This document shows, piece by piece, positions 8,907 through 17,544 of a DNA stretch of 32,000 bases (its first letter is position 1; each line of letters begins with the position of its first letter). Below the pieces are notes generated by a model. That model worked only from the letters and a program-made list of their open reading frames with translations. It was not told the origin of the DNA and ran no database searches. Source of the DNA: Candidatus Odinarchaeia archaeon (GTDB taxonomy: Archaea; Asgardarchaeota; Odinarchaeia; Odinarchaeales; Odinarchaeaceae). The translations under genes were made by a program, and so were the position numbers. The stretch spans positions 12,961 through 44,960 of the forward strand of contig JAHQXC010000002.1 of assembly GCA_029856525.1 (NCBI GenBank). Reading direction: 5' to 3'.

Positions 8907-9902
8907 ATGAAAATCCTTGTAACAGGGGCCTCAGGTTTTTTAGGAGGCCACTTAGTTGAAACTTTAGCGAATAAAGGATATAAGATAATAGCTATGGTAA
9001 GAGAGACCAGTAATATAGAATTAATAAAAGACTTAGTATTCGAATTCAGATATGCTGATTTAAGTGAACCTGAAACTATCGTCGAAGCTGTTAAAGGCGT
9101 TGACGTTATAATCCATTTAGCAGCCTACTATACTTTTCACGGTTCCAGCAAACTATATGAAAAAATTAACGTTGAAGGAACAAGATATTTAGCTGAAGCT
9201 GCTTTAAAAAATAAAATTCAACACTTCATCTACTGTAGTACAACCGAAGTTATAGGCCCTGTTAAAAATCCCCCGGGAGATGAAAACACTGAACCTAACC
9301 CTACTTATGAATACGGGAGATCGAAACTAAAAGCGGAGAAGATAATTAAAGAATATGGTTTAAAAGGCGTAAATTATACGATTATACGACCCTCAGGAAT
9401 ATATGGGCCTAGAAACGTTAACGACGTATCATACTGGACAATCACATCTTTCGCTAAAAACTCTATAGGCACACGATTTATTATAGGTAGCGGTGAAAAC
9501 CTAGTTCAGTTCGTTCATGTAAAAGATGTTGTTGAAGGATTCACTTTAGCATTAGAAAAAAGAGACATATCAAGTAGACAAACATATATTATCAGCGAGG
9601 ATAAAGCTTACACATATAAGCAAGTATATGAAATTCTAGCAGATTTAACCGGTAGAAAACCGCCAAGCAAGCATATACCTAAAACATTAGCTAAAATTTT
9701 AATAGCGCCTATACAAGGAGTAAATAGAATACTCGGTAAAGAGAATTTTTTATATCATATTAGCACCGTTGACTCTGTCTGCTCTGATAGAGCCTATAGT
9801 ATTGAGAAAGCTAAACGAGAATTAGGTTATACTCCCAGATATGATTTGAGAACAGGGTTGAAGGAAACAATCGAATGGTATACTAAAAATGGATATATCT
9901 AG
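8907..9902 (+). CDS. Extended SDR, NAD(P)-dependent epimerase/dehydratase / 3-beta-HSD-like oxidoreductase
   Basis: 331 aa. TGASGFLGG Rossmann motif, HLAA, NVEGT, YCST, YGRSK (YxxxK), IRPSGIYGP, FVHVKDV. VRETS after beta-2 suggests NADP(H). SD GGAAGTGA; 14 nt after luxC. Confidence 0.88.
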   Translation: MKILVTGASGFLGGHLVETLANKGYKIIAMVRETSNIELIKDLVFEFRYADLSEPETIVEAVKGVDVIIHLAAYYTFHGSSKLYEKINVEGTRYLAEAALKNKIQHFIYCSTTEVIGPVKNPPGDENTEPNPTYEYGRSKLKAEKIIKEYGLKGVNYTIIRPSGIYGPRNVNDVSYWTITSFAKNSIGTRFIIGSGENLVQFVHVKDVVEGFTLALEKRDISSRQTYIISEDKAYTYKQVYEILADLTGRKPPSKHIPKTLAKILIAPIQGVNRILGKENFLYHISTVDSVCSDRAYSIEKAKRELGYTPRYDLRTGLKETIEWYTKNGYI

Positions 9903-9903
9903 T

Positions 9904-11436
9904 TTAGAGTAAATAGATTACATTCGATAAAGCTAATGCGACGGTTGACAGCAATAGCATATTAGAGATTATTTGGCTAAACCAGCTCATAGAAACGTGA
10001 GAGAAAATTGTGCTAACAACCGTAGATACAGATATCAGAATCACCATTAAATTTAATCCGAGTAAGAGAAAAGAAACATTTTGTTGAAGAATAAGAGCGA
10101 CTATAAATAATTGAACTAGAAGAGAAGAAACTGTGATGAGAATTTGAAGAGTACAAGATAATATAGTAGATAACCATCCTGAACCTAGTGTGCGCTTAAT
10201 TAAACCTCTGAAAAACAGCTCATAAAAGAAGAACACGCAGAAATACGCTGGGAGATATAGAAGTAAAAAAATCAATTTAACAGAAGCTGTTGAGAAAGTC
10301 GAAGCTGTATTAAAGCCGACGCTGGTATAAAATAATATTATAAGAGAGATTCCGACGGTAAACCCTATTATAAGGTTTTGAATAAAATTTTCTCCAAGGT
10401 TATTTTTAGATTCTCGTATAAATGCGCGCCAATCAAGCCGTCTTCTAAAAATAATTAAAGCTAAAGCCCCTAAGCTGATAGAGTTTCCTAAAAATAGAGA
10501 AGTAATAAAGTTTGTGAAAAGCAGAGGGCTTATAATGAAAAAAACAGGGGATAATAATAAAGTTAAAGCAGCCCCACAGAAGCTAGCGATTATGAAACCT
10601 GAGCTGAGGTATAGAAGAGTTTCACACTTAATTTGCAGCTGTCTGACATCTGTTTCAACACGTTTTTTAGTATTAATATTTTCCAATAAAATATGAGCGG
10701 CGGGCAGAATGATCATTAAACCGGCGATTAGAGTTGAGAAAACTGAAGCCCCTATTAAATCAGAGTTAATAGTGGAAGATTCCTCTATCCCTGAAACAGC
10801 CCTGGTTACCCATTTAACAACCTCATTTATAATAACAGGTTTATATAAAATATTAAGATGATCGGAAGAATCATCTATGAAAAGCTTTTTTTCAGATCCA
10901 CCTGCGAAGTATGTAATACCCGGTTCCCCTGTATTATTAATAGAGTTATAAAATGCGTTGATAACAGCTTGATTATCAATTATGAAATCTCCTTCAGAGA
11001 TGATGAGAAGAAGGTTCCTAGGAGTAGTAAGATTAACAGAGTTCGAGGAGATAGCTGGGGCTATTCCGATAGTTGCAATAGGTTGAAGAATTTTACTCAT
11101 GTTAACCGCTACACTCCCACCCATACTGTGACCTATAAAAATAAGCTGACTTATATTACCTATTTTGTGAAAGATAAGCGAATCTAATACGGCTTGAATA
11201 TCAATGTCGAAGCGGTTTATATCACTCATGCTTCCCCCGCTATCGCCATGCCCTCTCAGATCAATTAACACGCTAATAAAATTTCTTTCAGCTAAAGCAA
11301 GCCCTATCATCTTCATCATTTTTCTGTTACCTGAAAATCCGTGAATTAGAAATATGAGAGGGGCTTCATTGCTAGTAGAAGGTTTTTTAATAATATCGAA
11401 TACTATTGGAACACCGTCATCGGTTACGGCGTGCAT
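9904..11436 (-). CDS. Alpha/beta-fold hydrolase fused to a multi-pass membrane domain; the true N-terminus probably extends to about 11538
   Basis: IHGFSG, IDLRGHGDS, GHSMGG nucleophile elbow (11116-11133), candidate triad Asp (SEGD) and His (DHLNI). The C-terminal half has several hydrophobic helices and YELFFRG. The frame stays open 42 codons upstream of ATG 11436. Confidence 0.85.
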   Translation of the reverse strand: MHAVTDDGVPIVFDIIKKPSTSNEAPLIFLIHGFSGNRKMMKMIGLALAERNFISVLIDLRGHGDSGGSMSDINRFDIDIQAVLDSLIFHKIGNISQLIFIGHSMGGSVAVNMSKILQPIATIGIAPAISSNSVNLTTPRNLLLIISEGDFIIDNQAVINAFYNSINNTGEPGITYFAGGSEKKLFIDDSSDHLNILYKPVIINEVVKWVTRAVSGIEESSTINSDLIGASVFSTLIAGLMIILPAAHILLENINTKKRVETDVRQLQIKCETLLYLSSGFIIASFCGAALTLLLSPVFFIISPLLFTNFITSLFLGNSISLGALALIIFRRRLDWRAFIRESKNNLGENFIQNLIIGFTVGISLIILFYTSVGFNTASTFSTASVKLIFLLLYLPAYFCVFFFYELFFRGLIKRTLGSGWLSTILSCTLQILITVSSLLVQLFIVALILQQNVSFLLLGLNLMVILISVSTVVSTIFSHVSMSWFSQIISNMLLLSTVALALSNVIYLL

Positions 11437-11635
11437 AGTTAAACATGGATTATTAATATTAACACTAACTAAAACTGTTAGTGAAGGTGTTAAGATAATT
11501 AAACCGATTAGAATAGAGGCTAAATGAGCTTTTTTAAATTTGAAAACACCTCTCCAGTTTTTTCAAATATTGAATTATCATTATAATAAGCATTTATAAT
11601 TTATAAAATTTTTATGAAAAAATAGGGGAGTAGTT

Positions 11636-12229
11636 TTATTCTTTCTTCTGCCATGGACCTAGCGGTAATACTGTTCTATTATACATTCCATTTAAGATTA
11701 TTCCAGCGGCTGTATACATTGCACTGGCACCGCATACTATGCCCTCTAAACCTGTGATTGTTAAGACCAGTGTGCTTCCAGTGAGATATATTACAGTGTT
11801 TGAAATAGCGAGCAAGTAGAATAGAATAGCTAAGCTACCTAGCACAAATGATAATGCTTTAGTAGTTTTAAATGAGCCTACAAAGAATATTGTGGTGAAA
11901 ACACCCCAAACAAGCATTGTCCAAGCAAGGTCTATAACTGTAATAGTCGGGAATAACCCCATTGAACTAAGAGATAAAGCGGTAGCTAAACCTATCCAGA
12001 ATAAACCGTAAGAGCAGAAAGCTGTTCCACCGAATGTGTTACCTTTTCTAAGATCGATTATACCAGCTATTACTTGAGCTAAACCACCGTAAAAGAATCC
12101 GTAGCCGATAGCCATCGTATTTGCAACACCTAATAAACCTAGGTTATGTAAATTTAGTAATACAGTCGTTAAACCGAAGCCGAATAATCCTAGCGGACTA
12201 GGATCAGCCCATGTTTGTTTTTCAGACAT
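11636..12229 (-). CDS. satP: Acetate/succinate uptake transporter, SatP (GPR1/FUN34/YaaH) family
   Basis: ADPSPLGLFGFGLTT signature, FFYGGLAQ, GNTFGGTAFCSYGLFW; about six TM helices. Start set at ATG 12229 behind SD GGAGGT (197 aa); the ORF track start at 12310 is likely too long. Confidence 0.92.
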   Translation of the reverse strand: MSEKQTWADPSPLGLFGFGLTTVLLNLHNLGLLGVANTMAIGYGFFYGGLAQVIAGIIDLRKGNTFGGTAFCSYGLFWIGLATALSLSSMGLFPTITVIDLAWTMLVWGVFTTIFFVGSFKTTKALSFVLGSLAILFYLLAISNTVIYLTGSTLVLTITGLEGIVCGASAMYTAAGIILNGMYNRTVLPLGPWQKKE

Positions 12230-12463
12230 TAATTTAACCTCCGAATAGTGGTTAAATATTGTCAGTTTAGCGTTAAATATATAATGTTTACGATTATTTT
12301 CGCTCAGCACAGTAAAGCATATGAATTTAAGCGTATGAGACTAGCAGTGGTGAAATTAGTTCCAGCGGTTTATCAGCCAGTTAAAGTTGAGGATATTTCC
12401 TCTTACTATAGATTTAGTAGGTTTACTGGTTAACTATGTCAGGTTCTAGTTTGAATCTTAGTG

Positions 12464-12483
12464 GAAAAGTTTTTTTATATAAA
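12464..12483 (+). promoter_or_regulatory. Candidate BRE/TATA promoter of the HMG-CoA reductase gene
   Basis: GAAAAG followed by TTTTTTTATATAAA, about 47 nt upstream of TTG 12529, leaving room for a short SD-containing leader. Confidence 0.5.
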
Positions 12484-12528
12484 AGTCTGAAATTAATAAT
12501 TATTTAGATTATTTTGAAGGTGAATTAT

Positions 12529-13800
12529 TTGGAGAAAACCTCGAATATAAGCGGATTTTATAAATTGAATATCGCTCAGAGAAGGCGTGTGGTTAAAGAA
12601 TTTGCAGGTTTAACCGATGAAGATTTAGAGCTTCTTGGAGATATCAACGATCCGTTAACTAGTATAGCTGATAAAATGATTGAAAACGTTATAGGAACCA
12701 CTAGGATTCCTTTAGGGATAGCGGTTAACTTTCTTATAAACGGGAAAGATTATCTTATTCCCATGGCTATAGAGGAGCCTTCAGTGGTTGCGGCGGCTTC
12801 TAACGCGGCTAAAATCGCTAGAATAAGAGGCGGATTCACAGCCACCAGCACCGATCCTATCATGATAGGTCAAATCCAGGTACTCGACGTTAAAGATCCT
12901 CATGCTAAAAAATTTGAAATTTTAAAACATAAAACAGAGCTTCTCCAAATAGCTAATGAACAGGACCCTGTTCTAAACAGATTCGGTGGAGGCGCTAAAG
13001 ACATAGTTGTGAGAGTGATTGAATCTATAAGAGGACCTATGCTTATCATACACCTACTTGTAGATACAAGGGATGCTATGGGAGCGAATGCAGTTAATAC
13101 TATGTGTGAAGCGCTCACTGATAAAGTAGCTCAGATAACAGGGGGGAGAGTTGGTCTACGGATTATTTCAAATCTTGCAGTTTACCGGTTGTGCAGAGCT
13201 AAAGCGATATTCGATAAAGAAGCTTTAGGCGGAGAAGATGTGGTTGATAAAATATTAGACGCATATGCTTTCGCTGAAGCTGATATATTCAGATGCGCTA
13301 CGCATAATAAAGGTATTATGAACGGGATAACAGCGTTAATGTTGGCGACTTGTAATGATACTAGGGCTGTAGAGGCGGGGGCGCATGCTTACGCTGCTTT
13401 AAACGGCGGGTATAAACCTCTAACACGATGGGAGAAAGATAGCGAAGGGAATTTGGTAGGTTCAATAGAGTTACCTATGGCTGTAGGTCTGGTGGGAGGC
13501 GCGACTAAAGTTCATCCGATAGCGCAGCTAGCTATAAAAATTTTAAATGTAAAAACAGCTAACGAGTTAGGGGAGGTTGCAGCTTCACTGGGTTTAGCTC
13601 AAAACTTCGCGGCGATTAGAGCTTTAGCCACCGAGGGTATTCAGAAAGGACATATGCGGTTACATGCCCGGAATATAGCGATCACAGCCGGGGCTAGCGA
13701 GGATATCGTGGATAAAGTGGTTGAGGAGCTTGTTAAAATCGGTAAGATTAGAGTGGATATAGCTGAGAAGATTATTAAAGAGTTGCAACAATCTAAATAG
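12529..13800 (+). CDS. mvaA: HMG-CoA reductase, class II (bacterial/degradative type)
   Basis: IENVIG, PMAIEEPSVVAAAS, DAMGAN, THNKGIMNG, GIQKGHMRLHAR. Start set at TTG 12529, 5 nt after SD GAAGGTGA; the ORF track uses TTG 12514. Confidence 0.95.
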   Translation: MEKTSNISGFYKLNIAQRRRVVKEFAGLTDEDLELLGDINDPLTSIADKMIENVIGTTRIPLGIAVNFLINGKDYLIPMAIEEPSVVAAASNAAKIARIRGGFTATSTDPIMIGQIQVLDVKDPHAKKFEILKHKTELLQIANEQDPVLNRFGGGAKDIVVRVIESIRGPMLIIHLLVDTRDAMGANAVNTMCEALTDKVAQITGGRVGLRIISNLAVYRLCRAKAIFDKEALGGEDVVDKILDAYAFAEADIFRCATHNKGIMNGITALMLATCNDTRAVEAGAHAYAALNGGYKPLTRWEKDSEGNLVGSIELPMAVGLVGGATKVHPIAQLAIKILNVKTANELGEVAASLGLAQNFAAIRALATEGIQKGHMRLHARNIAITAGASEDIVDKVVEELVKIGKIRVDIAEKIIKELQQSK

Positions 13801-14854
13801 AGTCTAAGAGTTCACGCCAAGATACATGATCGTAAACCATTTTCTTTGTTAAATTTATCCTAGAAGTGTCTGATGGTTTAATCTTACCCGTAAGGCCCTC
13901 GAGAATTTTAACAGTGGAATATGTGTCGTGAGGAACCATTATCACAGTAATGTTTTTTTCACTAGCTTTAACTAACACTTGCTCTGAAGGCCTCAAGTTC
14001 CCGGTTAACACTATAACAGAGGCGTTAGTCTCCACAGCTGCGGATATTATATCAGCTCTATCCCCGCCTGTTATAATCGCATTATTCCCGCTTCTTCTAA
14101 AATATCTTAGAGACGACTCTGTTTGCATGGCGCCTATGAAAATGTTTTCGATAACGCGATTGATATCGCCTTTAACAAGCACTTCTCCTTCCAACAGCTC
14201 TAAGAGTTCTCGAACTGTAGGTGAGGAAATCTCATAGCTTCTAGGTATTACCCCCCAGACTTTAACACCATGCCTGTTAAGTAGCTCGGTGTACTCGCCT
14301 TCAGCTTTCTCCATCATATATGGTGGGATCTGATTTAAAACAGCGCCTACTAGTTGAACGCCACGCATATCTAGAATACTTTTATAGAACAGTATCTTCT
14401 CAATAGAGCTGTCGCTTACACCCCCTGAGATAGCTAGAACCTTTGAGTTTAAAAGTTCAGCTATATCTATATTATTTAAATTAAATGCCGTCATGGTTTC
14501 AGGTGAAACACCGCCTTCAACTATTATTATATCAGAGTTCTCCGATAGTTTACCGTATTGTTTCAAGATCATACTCCTTAAATCTGCAACATCTCGTTTA
14601 GCGTAAACACTTAAATAGTTAGGTTCAATTAAAATAGGTGTTAACTCATCTAGGGTAAAAGGAAGTTTTAAAGTCTCTTTCATTAAGAGAACATCAGGAT
14701 CTACAGCTCCTTCTGTAACAGATGTTTGAGGTCGACCGACAGGACGGAAATAGCTTACTTTAAAACCGTTCTCCACTAAGACCTGGGATAAACCTAGTAT
14801 GAAAGCTGTTTTACCTGAAAACCCTTCCCATGAAACTACAAATAAGGATTTCAT
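13793..14854 (-). CDS. Phosphotransacetylase N-terminal-domain family protein (BioD-like/AAA_26 plus DRTGG), lacking the catalytic PTA domain
   Basis: EGFSGKT P-loop-like motif, YFRPVG, IIIVEG, IITGGDRADII. Start set at ATG 14854 behind SD AGGTGA (353 aa). Confidence 0.88.
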   Translation of the reverse strand: MKSLFVVSWEGFSGKTAFILGLSQVLVENGFKVSYFRPVGRPQTSVTEGAVDPDVLLMKETLKLPFTLDELTPILIEPNYLSVYAKRDVADLRSMILKQYGKLSENSDIIIVEGGVSPETMTAFNLNNIDIAELLNSKVLAISGGVSDSSIEKILFYKSILDMRGVQLVGAVLNQIPPYMMEKAEGEYTELLNRHGVKVWGVIPRSYEISSPTVRELLELLEGEVLVKGDINRVIENIFIGAMQTESSLRYFRRSGNNAIITGGDRADIISAAVETNASVIVLTGNLRPSEQVLVKASEKNITVIMVPHDTYSTVKILEGLTGKIKPSDTSRINLTKKMVYDHVSWRELLDSI

Positions 14855-14874
14855 ACTATCACCTATAATTTTTT

Positions 14875-16989
14875 TCAAATATATAAAGACATTTTAACAT
14901 CTACAGCGATACAGCCCTCACCTTTATTATAAACGAATAAAGGATTAACATCCAACTCTGATATAACTGGAAACTCTTCTACTAATTGTGAGACGGCTAG
15001 AATAGTTTTAATAACCGCATCTATATCAGCAGGCTGCTCTCCTCTAACACCTTTAAGTAGATTATACACTTTAGTCTCTTTTATCATTTCTTCAGCGTCG
15101 TTAAAAGTAACTGGAACTATTCTAAAAGCAACATCTCTTAGAAAGTTAACATATACTCCTCCAAGCCCGAACATTAGTAGATGACCGAATTGAAGATCCT
15201 TATTAACCCCGATTATAACCTCTTTACCTTTCTCAACATACTCGTATACTTCAACCCCGTATATTCTAGCATTAGGGAAAAGCTTATGCGCGTTAGCGAC
15301 CATGCCTATGAAGATTTTTCTCACGTCTTCTTCATTCTTCACGTTTAAAGCAACACCGCCTACATCAGATTTGTGAATTATATCAGGGGAGGCTATTTTC
15401 AAAGTAACAGGGTAACCGATCTCGGCAGCAGCCTCACAGGCTTCTTCACTATTGGAAGCTAGATGAACTTTAGGAGTTTTAACATTGTAAAAACTTAATA
15501 TTTCGCAGGCTTCACTGGATAGCAGTGTTCTTCGATTTTCACTTAAAACTCTCTTAATTATTTCACGAATAGGTTCCTTATCCACTGGAATCTTAAATTT
15601 TCTATGAGACATCTTCTTTTCACGAATAAGCTTATATCTTGTTAAAGCCGCTATGCTTTCAACCGCGTCCTCTGGGAAACTGAAGACAGGTATATTATTC
15701 TCGGATAAAATTCGTTTAGCTTCAGCTACCTGCTCACCGCCTATTAGGGAAAAAGCAACTGGTTTATCTATCATACTGGTAAGCTTAACTAATTCTAAAA
15801 CTGTTTCAGTTGGTTTAGTTGTAGCCTGAGGTGTTAAAATAATAATTAGAGAGCTGACGTTATCGTCATCTTTAAGCGTCTCTAAAGCCTTATAATATCT
15901 TTCAGGCTGAGCGTCGCCTAGGATGTCTACGGGATTATAAATAGACGCGTTTGGTGGCAGCCGTTCTCTGAGATTATTCAAGGTCTCATTTTTAAGCTGA
16001 GCTAGTTTTAAACCGTGTTTTTCACACGCATCCGTCGCTATAATTCCAGGGCCGCCTGCGTTGGTTAAAATACAAATAGAGTTATCTTTCGGAAGCGGTT
16101 GAGTTGAGAATACTTTCGCATAGTTGAATAAATCGGATATAGTTTCAACCTGTAAGGCTCCGAATTGTTTAAACACAGTTTCATAAGCTATCCTGCTTCC
16201 TGCAAGAGACCCTGTATGAGAGGCAGCTGCCCTCTGCCCTGCCGTTGATGAACCTGACTTTAAAACTAGCACAGGTTTTATTTTAACAGTTTTTTTAAGA
16301 GATTTAATGAATTTACCACCGTCTTTAACATCTTCAATATATAATAATATAACCTTCGTGTTATTATCAGCGGCTAAGGCGTTGATGAAATCTGATTCAT
16401 CTAAGTCTGCTTTATTACCTAAACTTATCACTTTACTAAAGCCTATTCTATTCTTAAAAGACCAGTCTAGTATCGCTGTTCCCAGAGCTCCGGATTGAGA
16501 GATGAACGCTATATTCCCTTTCAGAGGCATCTGAGCTGCGAATGAAGCGTTTAAAGGTGTGAAAGTGTCTATAACTCCAAGGCAGTTAGGTCCAAGTAAG
16601 TTCATCTTATATTTTTTACATATATCTTTAAGCGCTCTCTCTCTTTCAGCGCCCTCTTTTCCAGTCTCCTTAAACCCAGCGGATATCACTACGAGATTTT
16701 TAACCTTACTAGCACCACATTCTTCAGCTACTTTAACAACGCTCTCAGCCGGTATCACTATTACAGCTAAGTCTATTTCATCGTTTATCTCACTTATATT
16801 AGAATACACTTTTAAGCCGAGAATCTCTTGATAATTAGGGTTCACAGGGTAAACTCTCCCCATGTAACCGTATTTTATTACATTCTCTAAAATATTATAG
16901 CCTAGTTTACCTGGCTTAGAAGAAGCCCCTATTATAGAAACAGATTTAGGGTTAAATAACGTTGACAGGAGAATGTCAGGTTTATGCAT
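14875..16989 (-). CDS. acdAB: Acetate-CoA ligase (ADP-forming), fused alpha-beta subunits
   Basis: 704 aa. IIGASSKPGKLG, LGPNCLG, SQSGALG, SLGNKAD, ASHTGSLAG (phosphorylated His), TNAGGPG, NPVDILGD, and ATP-grasp part GYPVTLKI...HKSDVGGV...ELDVNPL. The actual acyl substrate is not determinable from sequence. Confidence 0.93.
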   Translation of the reverse strand: MHKPDILLSTLFNPKSVSIIGASSKPGKLGYNILENVIKYGYMGRVYPVNPNYQEILGLKVYSNISEINDEIDLAVIVIPAESVVKVAEECGASKVKNLVVISAGFKETGKEGAERERALKDICKKYKMNLLGPNCLGVIDTFTPLNASFAAQMPLKGNIAFISQSGALGTAILDWSFKNRIGFSKVISLGNKADLDESDFINALAADNNTKVILLYIEDVKDGGKFIKSLKKTVKIKPVLVLKSGSSTAGQRAAASHTGSLAGSRIAYETVFKQFGALQVETISDLFNYAKVFSTQPLPKDNSICILTNAGGPGIIATDACEKHGLKLAQLKNETLNNLRERLPPNASIYNPVDILGDAQPERYYKALETLKDDDNVSSLIIILTPQATTKPTETVLELVKLTSMIDKPVAFSLIGGEQVAEAKRILSENNIPVFSFPEDAVESIAALTRYKLIREKKMSHRKFKIPVDKEPIREIIKRVLSENRRTLLSSEACEILSFYNVKTPKVHLASNSEEACEAAAEIGYPVTLKIASPDIIHKSDVGGVALNVKNEEDVRKIFIGMVANAHKLFPNARIYGVEVYEYVEKGKEVIIGVNKDLQFGHLLMFGLGGVYVNFLRDVAFRIVPVTFNDAEEMIKETKVYNLLKGVRGEQPADIDAVIKTILAVSQLVEEFPVISELDVNPLFVYNKGEGCIAVDVKMSLYI

Positions 16990-17151
16990 ATCAACTCATC
17001 ATTATTATATTAAAGTTTCATATATCTATTAGACCTTTATTGTTTTAGTGAACTGCCTGGAGGGCATGCTCAGCATCTATAATCAACTAAATTAGAATGC
17101 TATATATTAGCTTTATTCACTTACTCTATTCTAAAAATAGTGGACACCGGT

Positions 17152-17544
17152 TTAAAGTGTTAGAATAATAACACCGACGATTATTATCAGGATTCCTAGA
17201 ATCTCCCGCCAACTTAACTTCTCTTTGAGAAATCGGTTACAGTAAAAAGCTGTGAAAATATATGTAGTTGATAAGACTGGGACGATTACACTAACCTGGT
17301 AACGGGAGAGAGCCATTAAGAATATCAGCCAGGCTGAAAGTTGAAGAATTATAGCCAAAGCCATATCCTTGTTAAGCAGTTTTTTAACATTTCCTTTAAA
17401 ATCTTTTTTAAACTCTTGAACTTTTATTTCTCCAACAGGCATCGTCGCCTTCTTAAAAAGAAGTGTAGCTACACCGAATATGGCTGATGCGAGTGTAGCT
17501 AATAATATGCTAACAAGGAGGTTTTCTAAAGGTATTTGAAACAT
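17152..17544 (-). CDS. Small DMT-superfamily (single EamA repeat; SMR/ArnE-ArnF-like) membrane transporter subunit
   Basis: 130 aa, about 4 TM. ALSRYQVSVIVPVLSTTY...LKEKLSWREILGILIIIVGV. The ATG overlaps the upstream stop (TAATG). Confidence 0.8.
   Translation of the reverse strand: MFQIPLENLLVSILLATLASAIFGVATLLFKKATMPVGEIKVQEFKKDFKGNVKKLLNKDMALAIILQLSAWLIFLMALSRYQVSVIVPVLSTTYIFTAFYCNRFLKEKLSWREILGILIIIVGVIILTL

Noticed and set aside
6141-9902. Bioluminescence interpretation of luxE/luxC
   Set aside because: No luxA/luxB or flavin reductase in the window; LuxCE only make the aldehyde.
12248-12433. 61-aa ORF in the satP/HMGR intergenic region
   Set aside because: No motif or clear hydrophobic pattern, and it overlaps the expected satP promoter. 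It cannot be fully excluded.
14875-16989. Protein lysine acetyltransferase (PatZ/Pka) interpretation of the ACD-like gene
   Set aside because: No GNAT domain, and the phosphorylatable His (ASHTG) is intact.
16976-17002. C/D-box-like ATGATGA...CTGA on the minus strand spanning the ACD start codon
   Set aside because: Only 16 nt between the boxes, no C'/D' boxes and no properly registered closing stem; likely chance.
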